Below, piece after piece: positions 39,706 through 49,925 of a stretch of DNA of 64,000 bases. Position numbers and translations under genes: made by a program. Below the pieces are notes generated by a model. That model was not told the DNA's origin, did no database searches, and saw only the letters and a list, made by a program, of their open reading frames with translations. Positions within the stretch are counted from its first letter, which is position 1. Every line of letters begins with the position of its first letter. The stretch covers positions 103,985 to 167,984 of the forward strand of contig CAVZTL010000005.1 of NCBI GenBank assembly GCA_963778215.1, given 5' to 3'. Source of the DNA: an uncultured Actinomycetota bacterium (GTDB lineage: Bacteria > Actinomycetota > Thermoleophilia > Solirubrobacterales > Solirubrobacteraceae).

Positions 39706-42105
39706 CTAGCTGACGGCCGGGGAGCTGCGCGCCGGCAGCTGGAGCGGACCGGCCGTCAGGTCAATCTCGTCAGCCGGTCGCGGCCGGCTGATCAGGTAGC
39801 CCTGGGCCAGGTCAGAGCCGAGCGCGCTGAGCAGTTCAAACGACGGCTCGTCCTCGATGCCCTCCGCAACCACCCGCAGCCCCAGGGCATGGGCAAGCTC
39901 GATGGTCGATCTGACCAGCGCCTGGTTGCGGGCATTGGACGCGCTCGCCAGGGAGTGGATGAAGCTTCGGTCCAACTTCAATTCGTCGACGGCCAAGCTC
40001 GAGAGATAGGCCAGCGAGGTGAAGCCGGCGCCAAAGTCGTCGACCGAGACCACCATTCCGATATCCCGCAGACGCTTGATCGTCTGTTGCGAGCGTTCGA
40101 AGTCGGTGATCGCGGTCGTCTCGGTCACCTCGAGCACGAGGGCGCTGGGCGCGAGCCGGTGACGGCTCAGCGCATTGCGCACGACGCCGGCCAGTTTGGG
40201 GTTGCGCAGGTTGCTGCTGGACAGGTTCACCGATACCGAGACATCGGATCCAGCGGCTCGCCAGTGGGCGCATTGCCCCAGGGCCATATCGAGCACCAGT
40301 TCGGTCAGCGGATCCATCAGATTGGCGTCCTCGGCCAGCGGCAGGAATTCGAGCGGCGGGACGTATCCGAGCCGCGGATGCGGCCAGCGCACGAGCGCCT
40401 CGAGCGCGACCACCTCGCCCGTGCTGAACTCGATCTGCGGCTGGTAGTGGAGCTCCAGCCCACGCTCGAGGATGGCCGAGCGCAGGTCCTCGACCAGGCC
40501 CATGCGGTTGCCTCGGCCGTCGAGCTCCTCGCTGTAGAGAGCGAACGGCTGGCCGGCCACCTTGGCGCGGTACATGGCCAAATCGGCGCAGCGCAGCAGG
40601 TCTGCGCCGTCGGTGGCGTGGTCCGGAGCCACGGCGATGCCGATGCTCGCACCGATCTGCGCGCGCACCGGCCCGAGCTGGAAGGGTTCCTGGAGGCGGG
40701 CGCCGATGCGCTGGGCGGTCATCGCGCCCAGCTCGCCGTTGCCGTCGAGCAGCGCGACGACAAATTCATCTCCGCCCAGCCGGACGAGCAGATCGTCCTC
40801 GCGCAGGGTGCCCTTCAGGCGCTCGCCGAGCTGGTGCAGGAGATCGTCGCCCACGGAGTGGCCGAAGGAGTCGTTGACCTCCTTGAAGCGGTTCAGGTCG
40901 ACGAACAGGACCGCCAACGCGCGTCGCTCACCGCTGTTCTGATGCTCCTGCTCGAGGGCGTGGAGCAGATCGAACAGCGCCCGGCGATTGGCCAGCGTGG
41001 TCAGCTGGTCGGTGACCGCCTGCCGGTGTTTGTCCGCGGTCAGCTGCTGGAGGCTCTTGACCGACAGCGCCGCTCGGACCGCGCCCACGGCCAGGGTGCT
41101 CAGCGCCAGGACCAGGGCGGCCAGACTGAGATGGTGGATGGCCCCGACAAACAGCATGGCCAGGCTGCCCGCACAGGCCAGGGCAGGAAGCGTGAAGTTC
41201 GGGCCCGGATTGCCCACCAGCAGACCCCCGGACCGGGGACTGACCCACACCGAGACGGAGACGAGCAGGATCGAGCTCGGCCAGGCAACCGCGTCGGCGA
41301 CCGCACCGACATGCGTCGCGCCGAGGCCGGAGGCAAACAGGTTGGCCGTGTCACCGAGCGTGTTGAGGCCCAAGCCGACCGCCAGCAGCACCCAGGGCAG
41401 GCGTCGGCGGCCCGGCAGCACCGTCGTGCCGCCGATGACGATGGCCAACAACAGCAGGTCACCGATCGGATAGGCCAGGTTGGTGGCCACCACCGCCGTC
41501 GTTCCGGCCGCCGACTGCAGGACGCTGTGGAAGAGGAACACGGCGGAGAAGGCGGCGGCGCCGAGTCCGGCGATCAACCCGTCGAGCCACGCCTCCTTGG
41601 AGAACTCCCGGAGGTTGAGCTGCAGCAGCAGCATCACGCCGACGTAGGCCAGCGGGTAGAAGCAGAGGTAGATGACGTTGGCCAGCAGCGGCACCGAGGA
41701 GCCGCCGGAGTGGGCGGCGATGACCAAGTCGCCCAGCGACCACGCCAGCGCTGCGCTGCCGAGCAGCAGAGGCACCAGACGGGCGGCGAGCGCGCGCTCG
41801 GGTCCGACAAACGCGCGGGCCATGCACAGGCCGCTCCCGATCAGCTCGAAGGCGGCCACGCCCCAGCCGTCCACGGCGGGCCAGCTGTTGACATCCTGGC
41901 GGAGAACCGCCGAGATCAGGTAGGCGGTCAGCAGGATCGCCATGACCGCGAAGGCGACCTTCAGTCGCGGGCCGACCAGTGGCTCGGGCGGCGCGGGTTG
42001 GCGGCGGTCCGCCGGGGCTGCGGGCAGCTGGAAGCCAGCCAGGGTCGTCGCCGCTTCGGCGCTTTCCCGGCCAAGCCCATCCACACCAAAGGCTCCGCTT
42101 TCCAT
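39706..42105 (-). CDS. Membrane-bound GGDEF-EAL diguanylate cyclase/phosphodiesterase
   Basis: Multi-TM N-terminus; DLNRFKEVNDSFGH, RLGGDEF, EALVRW, DDFGAG, ELKLDRSF, VAEGIE. Confidence 0.95.
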   Translation of the reverse strand: MESGAFGVDGLGRESAEAATTLAGFQLPAAPADRRQPAPPEPLVGPRLKVAFAVMAILLTAYLISAVLRQDVNSWPAVDGWGVAAFELIGSGLCMARAFVGPERALAARLVPLLLGSAALAWSLGDLVIAAHSGGSSVPLLANVIYLCFYPLAYVGVMLLLQLNLREFSKEAWLDGLIAGLGAAAFSAVFLFHSVLQSAAGTTAVVATNLAYPIGDLLLLAIVIGGTTVLPGRRRLPWVLLAVGLGLNTLGDTANLFASGLGATHVGAVADAVAWPSSILLVSVSVWVSPRSGGLLVGNPGPNFTLPALACAGSLAMLFVGAIHHLSLAALVLALSTLAVGAVRAALSVKSLQQLTADKHRQAVTDQLTTLANRRALFDLLHALEQEHQNSGERRALAVLFVDLNRFKEVNDSFGHSVGDDLLHQLGERLKGTLREDDLLVRLGGDEFVVALLDGNGELGAMTAQRIGARLQEPFQLGPVRAQIGASIGIAVAPDHATDGADLLRCADLAMYRAKVAGQPFALYSEELDGRGNRMGLVEDLRSAILERGLELHYQPQIEFSTGEVVALEALVRWPHPRLGYVPPLEFLPLAEDANLMDPLTELVLDMALGQCAHWRAAGSDVSVSVNLSSSNLRNPKLAGVVRNALSRHRLAPSALVLEVTETTAITDFERSQQTIKRLRDIGMVVSVDDFGAGFTSLAYLSSLAVDELKLDRSFIHSLASASNARNQALVRSTIELAHALGLRVVAEGIEDEPSFELLSALGSDLAQGYLISRPRPADEIDLTAGPLQLPARSSPAVS

Positions 42106-42122
42106 AAGGACGTTCCCCGGCG

Positions 42123-42150
42123 TAATCGGCCGGGACGCCGCCGTCCTGTA
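42123..42150 (-). promoter_or_regulatory. Putative sigma28/WhiG-type promoter of the GGDEF-EAL gene
   Basis: Minus strand TACA-N16-GCCGATTA, close to the TAAA-N16-GCCGATAA consensus. Confidence 0.55.
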
Positions 42151-42224
42151 GCGGTTGCCGCGCCATCTCGGCAACTTGCCACTCGGGTAACGCCGCAGCG
42201 GACCGCCCGCTGGGACGAACGGAC

Positions 42225-43169
42225 TCAGTCGCCGGAGTCGATCGCGACGGCTTCGAGTCGGCGCACGGCTTCGTCGTAGACGTCGTCGGGCAGCGGCCCG
42301 CGAGACGCCATCTCCACGTTGCCCTGCAGATGCTCGACCCGGCTGGTGCCGACGATCGTGCTCGACAGCGCCGGGTGGCGCAGCGTGAAGCGCAGCACGA
42401 ACTCGTGCCGGCTCATGCCATCGAGCAGCGCATCGAGGTCGGCTCGCTGCCACACGTCGCGGGCCGGGCCGTCGGCGCCGCTCAGCGGCTCGACCGTCCA
42501 GTTCTTGTCCTCCGCCGCGGTTCCCCGCCCAACGCCCCCGCGCACCAGCACGCCTGCCCCGGTCTCGGCGGCGCGGGTCAGCCAGCGCTCGTAGCGGCGT
42601 TGGAACATCGAATAAGGGATCTGGAACACGTCGAAGACGCCCATGTCGATGTGGTCGGGGAGTTCGGGCAGCGTCCCCGACATGCCGAGAAAGCGGATCT
42701 TGCCCTCGTCCCGGAGCTTGACCAGTTCCTCCACCGTCCCGCCGTCGCGCATCTCCTCGACGGTTGGGGACATGTGGACCTGGACGAGGTCGAGGCGGTC
42801 GGTCCGCAGACGCCGCAGGCTCTGCTCGACGTCGGCGCGCACATTCTCGGCGGTGTAGTCGTGCGGGTAGGGAGGCATCTGATTGGCCGGAACCTCCAAT
42901 GGGCAGCCGCACTTGGAGCACAGGAAGAACTCGTCACGGCGGGAGCTCAGGTACCGGCCGATCAGCTCCTCACTGCGCCCATAGTCCACCGAGGTGTCGA
43001 TCAGATTGATGCCGGCGTCGAGCACGGCGTTCAGTACGCGGTTGGCATCCTCGTCGGCTAGCTCCGGGCCCCGGGGCCGCCCGCGCAGCTCCATGGCGCC
43101 ATAGCCGAGCACCGTCGCCACAAAGCCCGTTCGGCCCAGGACTCGCGTGGGAAGCGTCACCGGAACCAC
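42225..43169 (-). CDS. Aldo/keto reductase
   Basis: LGRTG, GINLIDTSVDYG.SE, SLRRLRTDRLDLVQVH, EGKIRFLG. Confidence 0.95.
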   Translation of the reverse strand: MVPVTLPTRVLGRTGFVATVLGYGAMELRGRPRGPELADEDANRVLNAVLDAGINLIDTSVDYGRSEELIGRYLSSRRDEFFLCSKCGCPLEVPANQMPPYPHDYTAENVRADVEQSLRRLRTDRLDLVQVHMSPTVEEMRDGGTVEELVKLRDEGKIRFLGMSGTLPELPDHIDMGVFDVFQIPYSMFQRRYERWLTRAAETGAGVLVRGGVGRGTAAEDKNWTVEPLSGADGPARDVWQRADLDALLDGMSRHEFVLRFTLRHPALSSTIVGTSRVEHLQGNVEMASRGPLPDDVYDEAVRRLEAVAIDSGD

Positions 43170-43190
43170 GCTAGCGTGTGCGGGCCCCGG

Positions 43191-43220
43191 TCTCCAGGTG
43201 ACATGTCTCCAGGTGACATG
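43191..43220. repeat. Perfect 15-bp tandem duplication in a divergent promoter region
   Basis: TCTCCAGGTGACATG x2. Confidence 0.85.
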
Positions 43221-43285
43221 TTTGGCGAGCTGCAGCAGGTAGAGTCGGCCGAAGCTGGCCCATACGAAGAGGACGGAGGCATCGA

Positions 43286-44656
43286 GTGGCTGCCAATGCA
43301 GGTACTTTCGCGCAGGGCTCAGCGCTCCTGCACTTCACGCGCAACGGCAACTTCGGTCCCGGTGGCCAGGAGCTCATGGTCGTCGAGCGCGGTGAGGGCG
43401 CCCACGTCTTTGACACCCACGGGAACCGATACGTCGACGGCCTCTCGAGCCTCTTCTGCGCGCAGATCGGCTACTCGTTCGGCGAGGAGATGGGCGGCGT
43501 GGCGGCGGCCCAGCTGCAGCAGCTGGCCTTCAACACCATCTGGGGCACGGCCCATCCTCCGGCGCTCGAGCTGGCCGACCGTCTGGCCGGGCTCGCTCCC
43601 GAGGGCATCGACCGCGTGTTCTTCACGTCGGGCGGCTCGGAGTCCGTTGAGGCCGCCTGGAAGCTGGCTCGCCAGTACCACATCGCCAACGGCGAGCCGC
43701 AGCGGCTCAAGGCGATCGCGCGGCACATCGCCTACCACGGAGTGACGCTCGGGGCGCTGGCACTCACCGGCGTGCCCGGGTACAAGGAGCCGTTCGGTCC
43801 ACCGGCGATCCACACGCGCCATGTGTCGAACACCAACGGCTTCCGCTCGGAGCTTCAGGGTGAGGAGCTCACCACCCAGCTTCTGGAGGAGATCGAGGCG
43901 GTGATCCGCGAGGAGGGCCCTGACACGATCGGCGTGATCGTGGCCGAACCGGTACAGAACGCCGGAGGTTGCCTGGTGCCCCCGCCCGGCTACTGGCCGG
44001 GGCTCCGGCGGCTGGCCGACAAGTACGGGATCCTGCTCCATGCCGACGAGGTGATCACCGGCTTTGGCCGGCTCGGCGAGTACTTCGGCGTGACGCGTTT
44101 CGACACCGTTCCCGATCTGATCACAGTGGCCAAGGGCATCACCTCGGCCTATGCGCCGATGGGCGCCGTCATGGTCTCCGAGAAGGTCGCCGCGCCCTTC
44201 TACGAGGACCGGCGCACGCTCATGCACGGGATCACCTTCGGCGGCCACCCGCTGTGCGCCGCGATCGCGCTCAAGAACCTCGACATCTTCGAGCGCGAGG
44301 GGGTGCTGGAGAACGTCCGCGCTCACGAGGACGGCCTGCGTGCTCGGCTCGAGCAGCTCAAGGAGGACCTCCCGATCATCGGCGACGTGCGCGGGATGGG
44401 CTTCTTCTGGGCGGTTGAGCTGGTCAAGGACGAGGACAACACGCCGTTTGACGCGGAGGAGCGTGAGCGCCTGCTGCGCCGCTACATGGGCCCCGCGCTG
44501 CTCGACGCTGGGCTGATCGCGCGTCCTGACGACCGCGGTGACGCGGTGCTTCAGATCGCCCCGCCGCTGATCTCCGACGATGATGTGCTCGATGAGATCG
44601 TCGAGAAGATGCGCACCGTCCTGGTCGGAGCCCAACAGGAGCTCGCGCTCGTATGA
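43286..44656 (+). CDS. Class III PLP-dependent aminotransferase (omega-amino acid/polyamine type)
   Basis: GGSESVE, AYHG, EPVQNAGG, DEVITGFGRLG, AKGITS, GITFGGHP. Confidence 0.95.
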   Translation: MAANAGTFAQGSALLHFTRNGNFGPGGQELMVVERGEGAHVFDTHGNRYVDGLSSLFCAQIGYSFGEEMGGVAAAQLQQLAFNTIWGTAHPPALELADRLAGLAPEGIDRVFFTSGGSESVEAAWKLARQYHIANGEPQRLKAIARHIAYHGVTLGALALTGVPGYKEPFGPPAIHTRHVSNTNGFRSELQGEELTTQLLEEIEAVIREEGPDTIGVIVAEPVQNAGGCLVPPPGYWPGLRRLADKYGILLHADEVITGFGRLGEYFGVTRFDTVPDLITVAKGITSAYAPMGAVMVSEKVAAPFYEDRRTLMHGITFGGHPLCAAIALKNLDIFEREGVLENVRAHEDGLRARLEQLKEDLPIIGDVRGMGFFWAVELVKDEDNTPFDAEERERLLRRYMGPALLDAGLIARPDDRGDAVLQIAPPLISDDDVLDEIVEKMRTVLVGAQQELALV

Positions 44657-45318
44657 GTGACGGTGCTCGTGGCGCTGCCCCCCGCCCGAGCACTCGACCG
44701 GACCAGCCGCCCAGTCGCGCGCAACTGCTCGAGCGGGCGCTGCGGCTGTCCTGGATCTCGATCGTCTTTGGGCTGGTCTCGGGCGCGGTCTCGGTCGGCT
44801 CCGGCATCGTCGAGCACAGCCTCGGCGTGCTGGCGGCCGGCCTGTCGGTCCTGGCCGATGTCACCGGGTCGGTCGTGCTGGTCTGGCGCTTCCGGACCGA
44901 GCGCTCCGATCCGGCCCGGGCGCAGCACGTCGAGGAGTTCGCCGCCCGCGCGGTGGCCGCCGCGCTCGGGATCATCGCGGTGGCGCTGCTGTTCGAGTCG
45001 GTCAATGCCCTGGTGGCCGGCAGCCATCCCGGCTCGAGCCCGCTGACCGTGGCCACCGCCGCGGTCGCCATCGTCGTACTGATGCCGCTGGCCTACCTCA
45101 AGCGCGCCACGGCCGGGCAGCTCTCCAGCCACGCCCTCAAGGGGGATAGCACGCTCAGTGCGATCGGGGCAGGCACCGCGCTGCTGGCCCTCATCGGCCT
45201 GCTGCTCTTCCATGCCTTTGGCTGGTGGTGGGCAGACCGGGTCGTAGCGTTGCTGATCGCCGCCGCGGCCGCGCTCGAGGCCCGCACGCTGCTCACGGCC
45301 GAGCACGCAGGCGACTGA
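44653..45318 (+). CDS. Cation-efflux-like membrane protein (TM domain only)
   Basis: Six TM segments, VLVWRF, ALKGD, GWWWAD. Confidence 0.75.
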   Translation: MSDGARGAAPRPSTRPDQPPSRAQLLERALRLSWISIVFGLVSGAVSVGSGIVEHSLGVLAAGLSVLADVTGSVVLVWRFRTERSDPARAQHVEEFAARAVAAALGIIAVALLFESVNALVAGSHPGSSPLTVATAAVAIVVLMPLAYLKRATAGQLSSHALKGDSTLSAIGAGTALLALIGLLLFHAFGWWWADRVVALLIAAAAALEARTLLTAEHAGD

Positions 45319-45359
45319 AGTTTGCCACGCTTGGACGAAACCTCAGGAGGTCACACGCC

Positions 45360-46289
45360 ATGCCACGCGCGGTCAGGTTCGAGCAGTACGGAGGGGTCGA
45401 GGTACTCGATGTGGTCGATGTCGCGGCGCCGCAGCCCGGTGACGGGCAGATGCTGGTGCGGGTCAGAGCCGCCGGCATCAACCCATTCGAAACCAAGCTG
45501 CGCAGTGGTCTGTTCCAGGCTGATATCCCGCTGAGCTTCCCGGCGGCGCAGGGCAGCGACTTCGCCGGGGTGATCGAGGCGGTCGGGCCGGACGTGGATG
45601 ACTTCCGGGTCGGAGATGAGGTTCTGGGCACGACCGTCCAGCGCGGCAGCCAGGCCGAGCTGGCGCTCACCTCGCAGGCGCGCGCCATCCAGCGTCCAGC
45701 CGCGTTGGCCTGGGAGGTGGCCGGTGGGCTGTGGACGGTGGGCACGACCGCCTATGCCGCGGTCGCCGCCGTCGAGGCTGCGGCCGGCGATCTGGTCGTG
45801 GTGGCCGGGGCCTCGGGCGGCGTGGGCGGCTTGGCCGCGCAGCTGGCGCGTCATCGCGGTGCGACCGTTATCGGCATCGCGGGGGAGGGCAATCAGGACT
45901 GGCTGCGCGCTCGTGGGGTCGAGCCCTTGGTCTACGGAGACGGCCTGGCCGAGCGCCTACGCGCCGCCGCCGCCGACCGCGGCCAGAGCATCGCCGCCCT
46001 GATCGACACCGTCGGCCAGGGGTACGTCGCGCTGGGCATAGAGCTCGGGGTCGCGCCAGAGCGCATCAACACGGTGGTCGACTACGAGGCAGCGGCCCGG
46101 TACGGGGCCAAAACCGACGGCAGCGGCGCGGCCGCCAACCCGGAGGTCGTGCAGGAACTTGTGCAGCTGATCCTCGCCGGGGAGCTCGAACTGCCCATCG
46201 CCCGCACATTTCCGCTCGAGCAGGTCCGCGACGCGTACAGCCTGCTCGAGGGCAGCCACCCGCCCGGAAAGATCGTGCTGATCCCGTGA
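45360..46289 (+). CDS. NADP-dependent oxidoreductase (MDR/quinone reductase-like)
   Basis: VRVRAAGINP, GSDFAG, AGASGGVG, GKIVL. Confidence 0.93.
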   Translation: MPRAVRFEQYGGVEVLDVVDVAAPQPGDGQMLVRVRAAGINPFETKLRSGLFQADIPLSFPAAQGSDFAGVIEAVGPDVDDFRVGDEVLGTTVQRGSQAELALTSQARAIQRPAALAWEVAGGLWTVGTTAYAAVAAVEAAAGDLVVVAGASGGVGGLAAQLARHRGATVIGIAGEGNQDWLRARGVEPLVYGDGLAERLRAAAADRGQSIAALIDTVGQGYVALGIELGVAPERINTVVDYEAAARYGAKTDGSGAAANPEVVQELVQLILAGELELPIARTFPLEQVRDAYSLLEGSHPPGKIVLIP

Positions 46290-46427
46290 GCGGCACGACG
46301 TGATGAGGGCCGCCGGTCCGGCGACGCTCGCTCGGCTCTCATTCACCACCTACGGCGCGATCGCCACCCGGGGAGCGGTCGGGCCGCTGCCGCCGTACAT
46401 TCCCAGCCCCTCGTTTGCCTGACGCGG

Positions 46428-48558
46428 ATGCCCGCACCCAGCCGTCCCGCCGGTAGGTCGCTCGCGGTCGGTCACGCCTTCCGCGCGGCGGGCAGCTTCG
46501 ACCGAGCCCAGATCTCCGCCCGCGCCGGCATCGTGGCCGCCATTCCGGTGGCGGCGATGCTGGCGCTCGGCACGGCGGCCGGCTCGCCCGCGGCGGCGGT
46601 GACGATGGGAGTCGGCGCGATGCTCTCCGGCGTCGCCTGGCGGGCGGGTGACGGCCCGCTCGTCCCCCCGATCGGCACGATGCTGGGCGCATCGGCGGCC
46701 CTGGCGACCACCGCGCTGGCCGGCATGCTCAGCGGGCGCTGGCCCTGGCTGCACCTGCTGCTGCTGGTGATCTTCTGCCTGATCGCCGGCACGGCCACGT
46801 CGCTGGGCCGCCGCGGCATTGTCGTGGGTACCCAGTCGCTCATCGGCTTCATCGTGTTCGGCCGCTTCCCCGAGACCGTGCCCAACGCGCTGGCGCTGAC
46901 CGGTCTGGTCCTGGCCGGCGGCGGCGCGCAATCACTGTTCGCCACGCTGGTTGCCGTGCCCCTGGCCTGGCGCCGACAGCGCGACGCCCTGGCCGCCGCC
47001 TACCGGGCGCTGGCCGAGTTCACCGGGCAGCTCGGCGGTTCGTCCATGCCGCTGGCCACGGCGCTGGATGCCGCCGACCAGGTTCTGGCCCTGCCGGCGT
47101 TGTTCGGCGATCCGGACCGCCATGCCCTGGCTGACCTGGTCAGCGAGGGACGCCGCATCCGCCTGGAGCTGATCGGCCTGGGCGCGCTGGTCGAGCACGA
47201 GCGGCGGGCCGAGCCGGTGCTGGCCCGAGGCCTCGCAGGCCGCCGTCGACGATGCCCTGGAGCGGACGCGCCAGCTCCTGGTGCTGACGGTCGCCGCGGT
47301 CGAGGGTGACCGCGCCACGCTCGCCGCCCTCCCGGGTGAGGCGGCCGAGCTCAGCGAATGGGGAACGCGCGCGAGCCACTGCCCTCCGCGGCACTCGATC
47401 AGCGACTCGCAGCGCTGATCGGCCAGGTGACGGCGGCGGCCCGCTTGGCCGCCGCCCTGCATACTCCGGGCGGCGGGCGCCTGCCCTTCCCGACGGGCCG
47501 GCCCACCCGGGGTAGCCGTCGACCCGGGCGTCGCATCGTCGCGGACCTCCAGCGCATGCGCAGCGTGGCGAACCTGCACAGCGCCGCCGGACGGCACGCG
47601 CTGCGCCTGGCTGTCGTCGTCTCGCTGACCGAGTTGCTGATCCAGCGCGTGGCGCTGCCGCGCGCCTACTGGGCGGTCGTGGCCGCGGCGACGGTGCTGC
47701 GGCCCGGCTTCGGCGCAGACCTTCACCCGCGGCGCCGAGCGCGTGATGGGCACCCTGCTCGGAGTGGTCATCGCGACCCTGGTGGCGGTGGCGCTGAACC
47801 CGAATGGCTGGGGCGTCGTCGCGGTCGTGGCGGTGCTGGCCTACTTCACCTATGCCGTGTTTCCGGCCAGCTTCACCGTCGGCATCGCCATGCTCACCGG
47901 CGTCGTCGTCTTCCTGCTGCACGCGGTGGCGCCGGGTACCGTGCAGACCGCGCTGGACCGTGGCATCGACACGGCCATCGGGGGTGCCATCGGCCTCATC
48001 GCCTACGCGCTGTGGCCGACCTGGTCGGCCGTCTCGGCCGGTCCGCTGCTGGCCTCGCTGGTGGACGCCCAACATGCCTACCTCGACGCGGTGCTGACCG
48101 GTCTGACCACGGGCCGGCGGCTGCCTGAGATCCAGCTGCGCACGCTGGCCCGACAGGCCCGTCTGGCCTTCGTCGATGCCGATGGAGAGCTCGGCTTGGC
48201 CCGCACCGAGCCATCGCGCGGCCAACTGGATGCTGAGGCCACCGCGGATACCCTGAACGCGCTGCGCCGCGTGGTCTGGGGCGTGCACACACTGCGCCTC
48301 GACGCGGCCGCGATACCGGCTGGGCGGGCGCTGCCGGCGCTCGGCGAGTTGCAGGCGTCGCTGGGCGAGGCGCTGTCGGTGCTGGCGGCGAGCTTCCGCG
48401 AAGCCCCGCACGGGCCCTTTCCTCCGCTGCGCCGGCTGCACCGGGAGCTCGCCCGCGAGCACCCGGAACTGCTCAGTCAGGCGCTCTCGGCGGCGTTGGA
48501 TGAGCTGGTCGACGCCACCAACACGGTGGCCGTGAAGGTCGGTCTGAGCCCGACCTGA
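46428..48558 (+). CDS. FUSC-family membrane protein (several indels)
   Basis: N-terminal TM block; RHALRLAVV, AYWAVVAAATVLRP, GTLLG, DRGIDTAIG..LWP. Confidence 0.85.
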
Positions 48559-48592
48559 GTCGGGAAACCGCAACCTTGGCCGGCTCGGCGGG

Positions 48593-48676
48593 TTTCAGCT
48601 GCCGAGCCGCCGCGGTGTCCGGCGGCAAAATTTCTGCACGTTTTGCTGCCGAAACTGTGAACTCGGCTGCTAGAAA
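48593..48676. repeat. Long imperfect nested palindrome
   Basis: CGGCGGCAAAA/TTTTGCTGCCG inner stem; TTTCAGCTGCCGAG/CTCGGCTGCTAGAAA outer stem. Confidence 0.6.
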
Positions 48677-48695
48677 TACGCACCTCTTGCTGTCC

Positions 48696-49899
48696 ATGAG
48701 CTCAACACCGAACCGCCCGCTTCGCGCCCTGGCGCTCGCCGTCGTGGTCGTGGCCTGCCTGGCGCTGCCCGCGGTGGCCGGCGCGGCCTCGTATTCGATG
48801 AAGTGGAGCCGGTCGGTCCCACTCCTGAACCCGAGCTACGGGGGCGGCTTCTCCTCCGTGGCCTGCGCTCCGGCGGTCGGCCGGCAATCTATCCCTGTTG
48901 TGCGTGGCGGGCGACGTGCGGGGCGACGTTTTCGTCTCCGAGCACCCGGCCCAGTCGGCGGCTCAGTGGCATCGGGAGTTCATCGACCCCAAGCTCGCCA
49001 TCACCGGCGTCTCATGCCCGTCGGAGCAGCTGTGCGTGGCCGTCGATTCCCATGGCCAGGTGATGCACTCGACTCACCCGCTCGACGGTGCCACGGCCTG
49101 GACTCATGCCGTCCGGATCGACGCCGCCACCGAGTCCGGTGGCGGGTTCGCCGGCCTGAGCGGGATCTCGTGCCCCACCACCACCTTCTGTCTGGCGGTG
49201 GACAACGCCGCCAACGGCCAGGTGGCCTTCACCACCGACCCGACTGGGCCGGCCAGCGCCTGGACGCTTACGACGATCGGCAGCAGCGTGACGCTCGACT
49301 CGGTGAGTTGCGCCACGGCCACCTTCTGCATGATCGGTGGGACGGACGGTTACTACGCCACCGACCCGACGGGCGGCTCCAGTGCGTGGAAGGCCACGAC
49401 GGCGCTCGCCTCGAGCTACTCGGTGATCGCCTCGATCGACTGCAACACGCTCAAACTCTGTGTGGGCGTGGGTTACGGAAATACCGGTGTCGGGCTGGCC
49501 ACCGCTTCCTCGACGCCGACGGCGGCCACATGGTCGGATTCGGTGATCGGTTCCGACCCGCCGGCGCCCCGCGCCCAGCCCCTGGACAGCGTCTCCTGCC
49601 CCGCGCGCAACTTCTGCGTTGCCGTCGACGCGGGCTCCGAGGCCTACACGTCGTCCACCCCGGTGCGGGGCGGCTGGACCAAGGGCAGGCCGCTCAAGAA
49701 GGGCTCGCTGTCCACGGACAGCCGGATCGCCTGCACCGCGACCATATGCGTTGAGGTCGACAACCGCGGCACGGTCACCTACGGCTCGGTGAAGGGCGTC
49801 ACGACCACCGCGACGACCAAGACGACCAAGACGACCCCGTCGACCACCAAGACGACGACCGCCACCACGGCAGGCAAGACGTCGGCCCGCACCACCTGA
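48696..49899 (+). CDS. Secreted Cys-rich repeat protein (predicted beta-propeller) with Thr/Lys tail (indel near 48890)
   Basis: Signal peptide; seven [LIF]xx[VI]xC...C[VLM]xxx repeats such as LSGISCPTTTFCLAVD. Confidence 0.8.
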
Positions 49900-49925
49900 A
49901 GCCGCGCGCCCGATAACTTGGCGGC

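Noticed and set aside
39706-42921. 1071-aa extended GGDEF-EAL ORF suggesting a fusion with the aldo/keto reductase region
   Set aside because: The extension is an off-frame overlap with the AKR gene. The real start is most likely ATG 42105, just downstream of a sigma28-like promoter.
46290-46427. Fluoride (crcB) riboswitch upstream of the FUSC gene
   Set aside because: GTGATGAG...CCTAC resembles it only loosely; the conserved TAATGAC/pseudoknot elements are absent.
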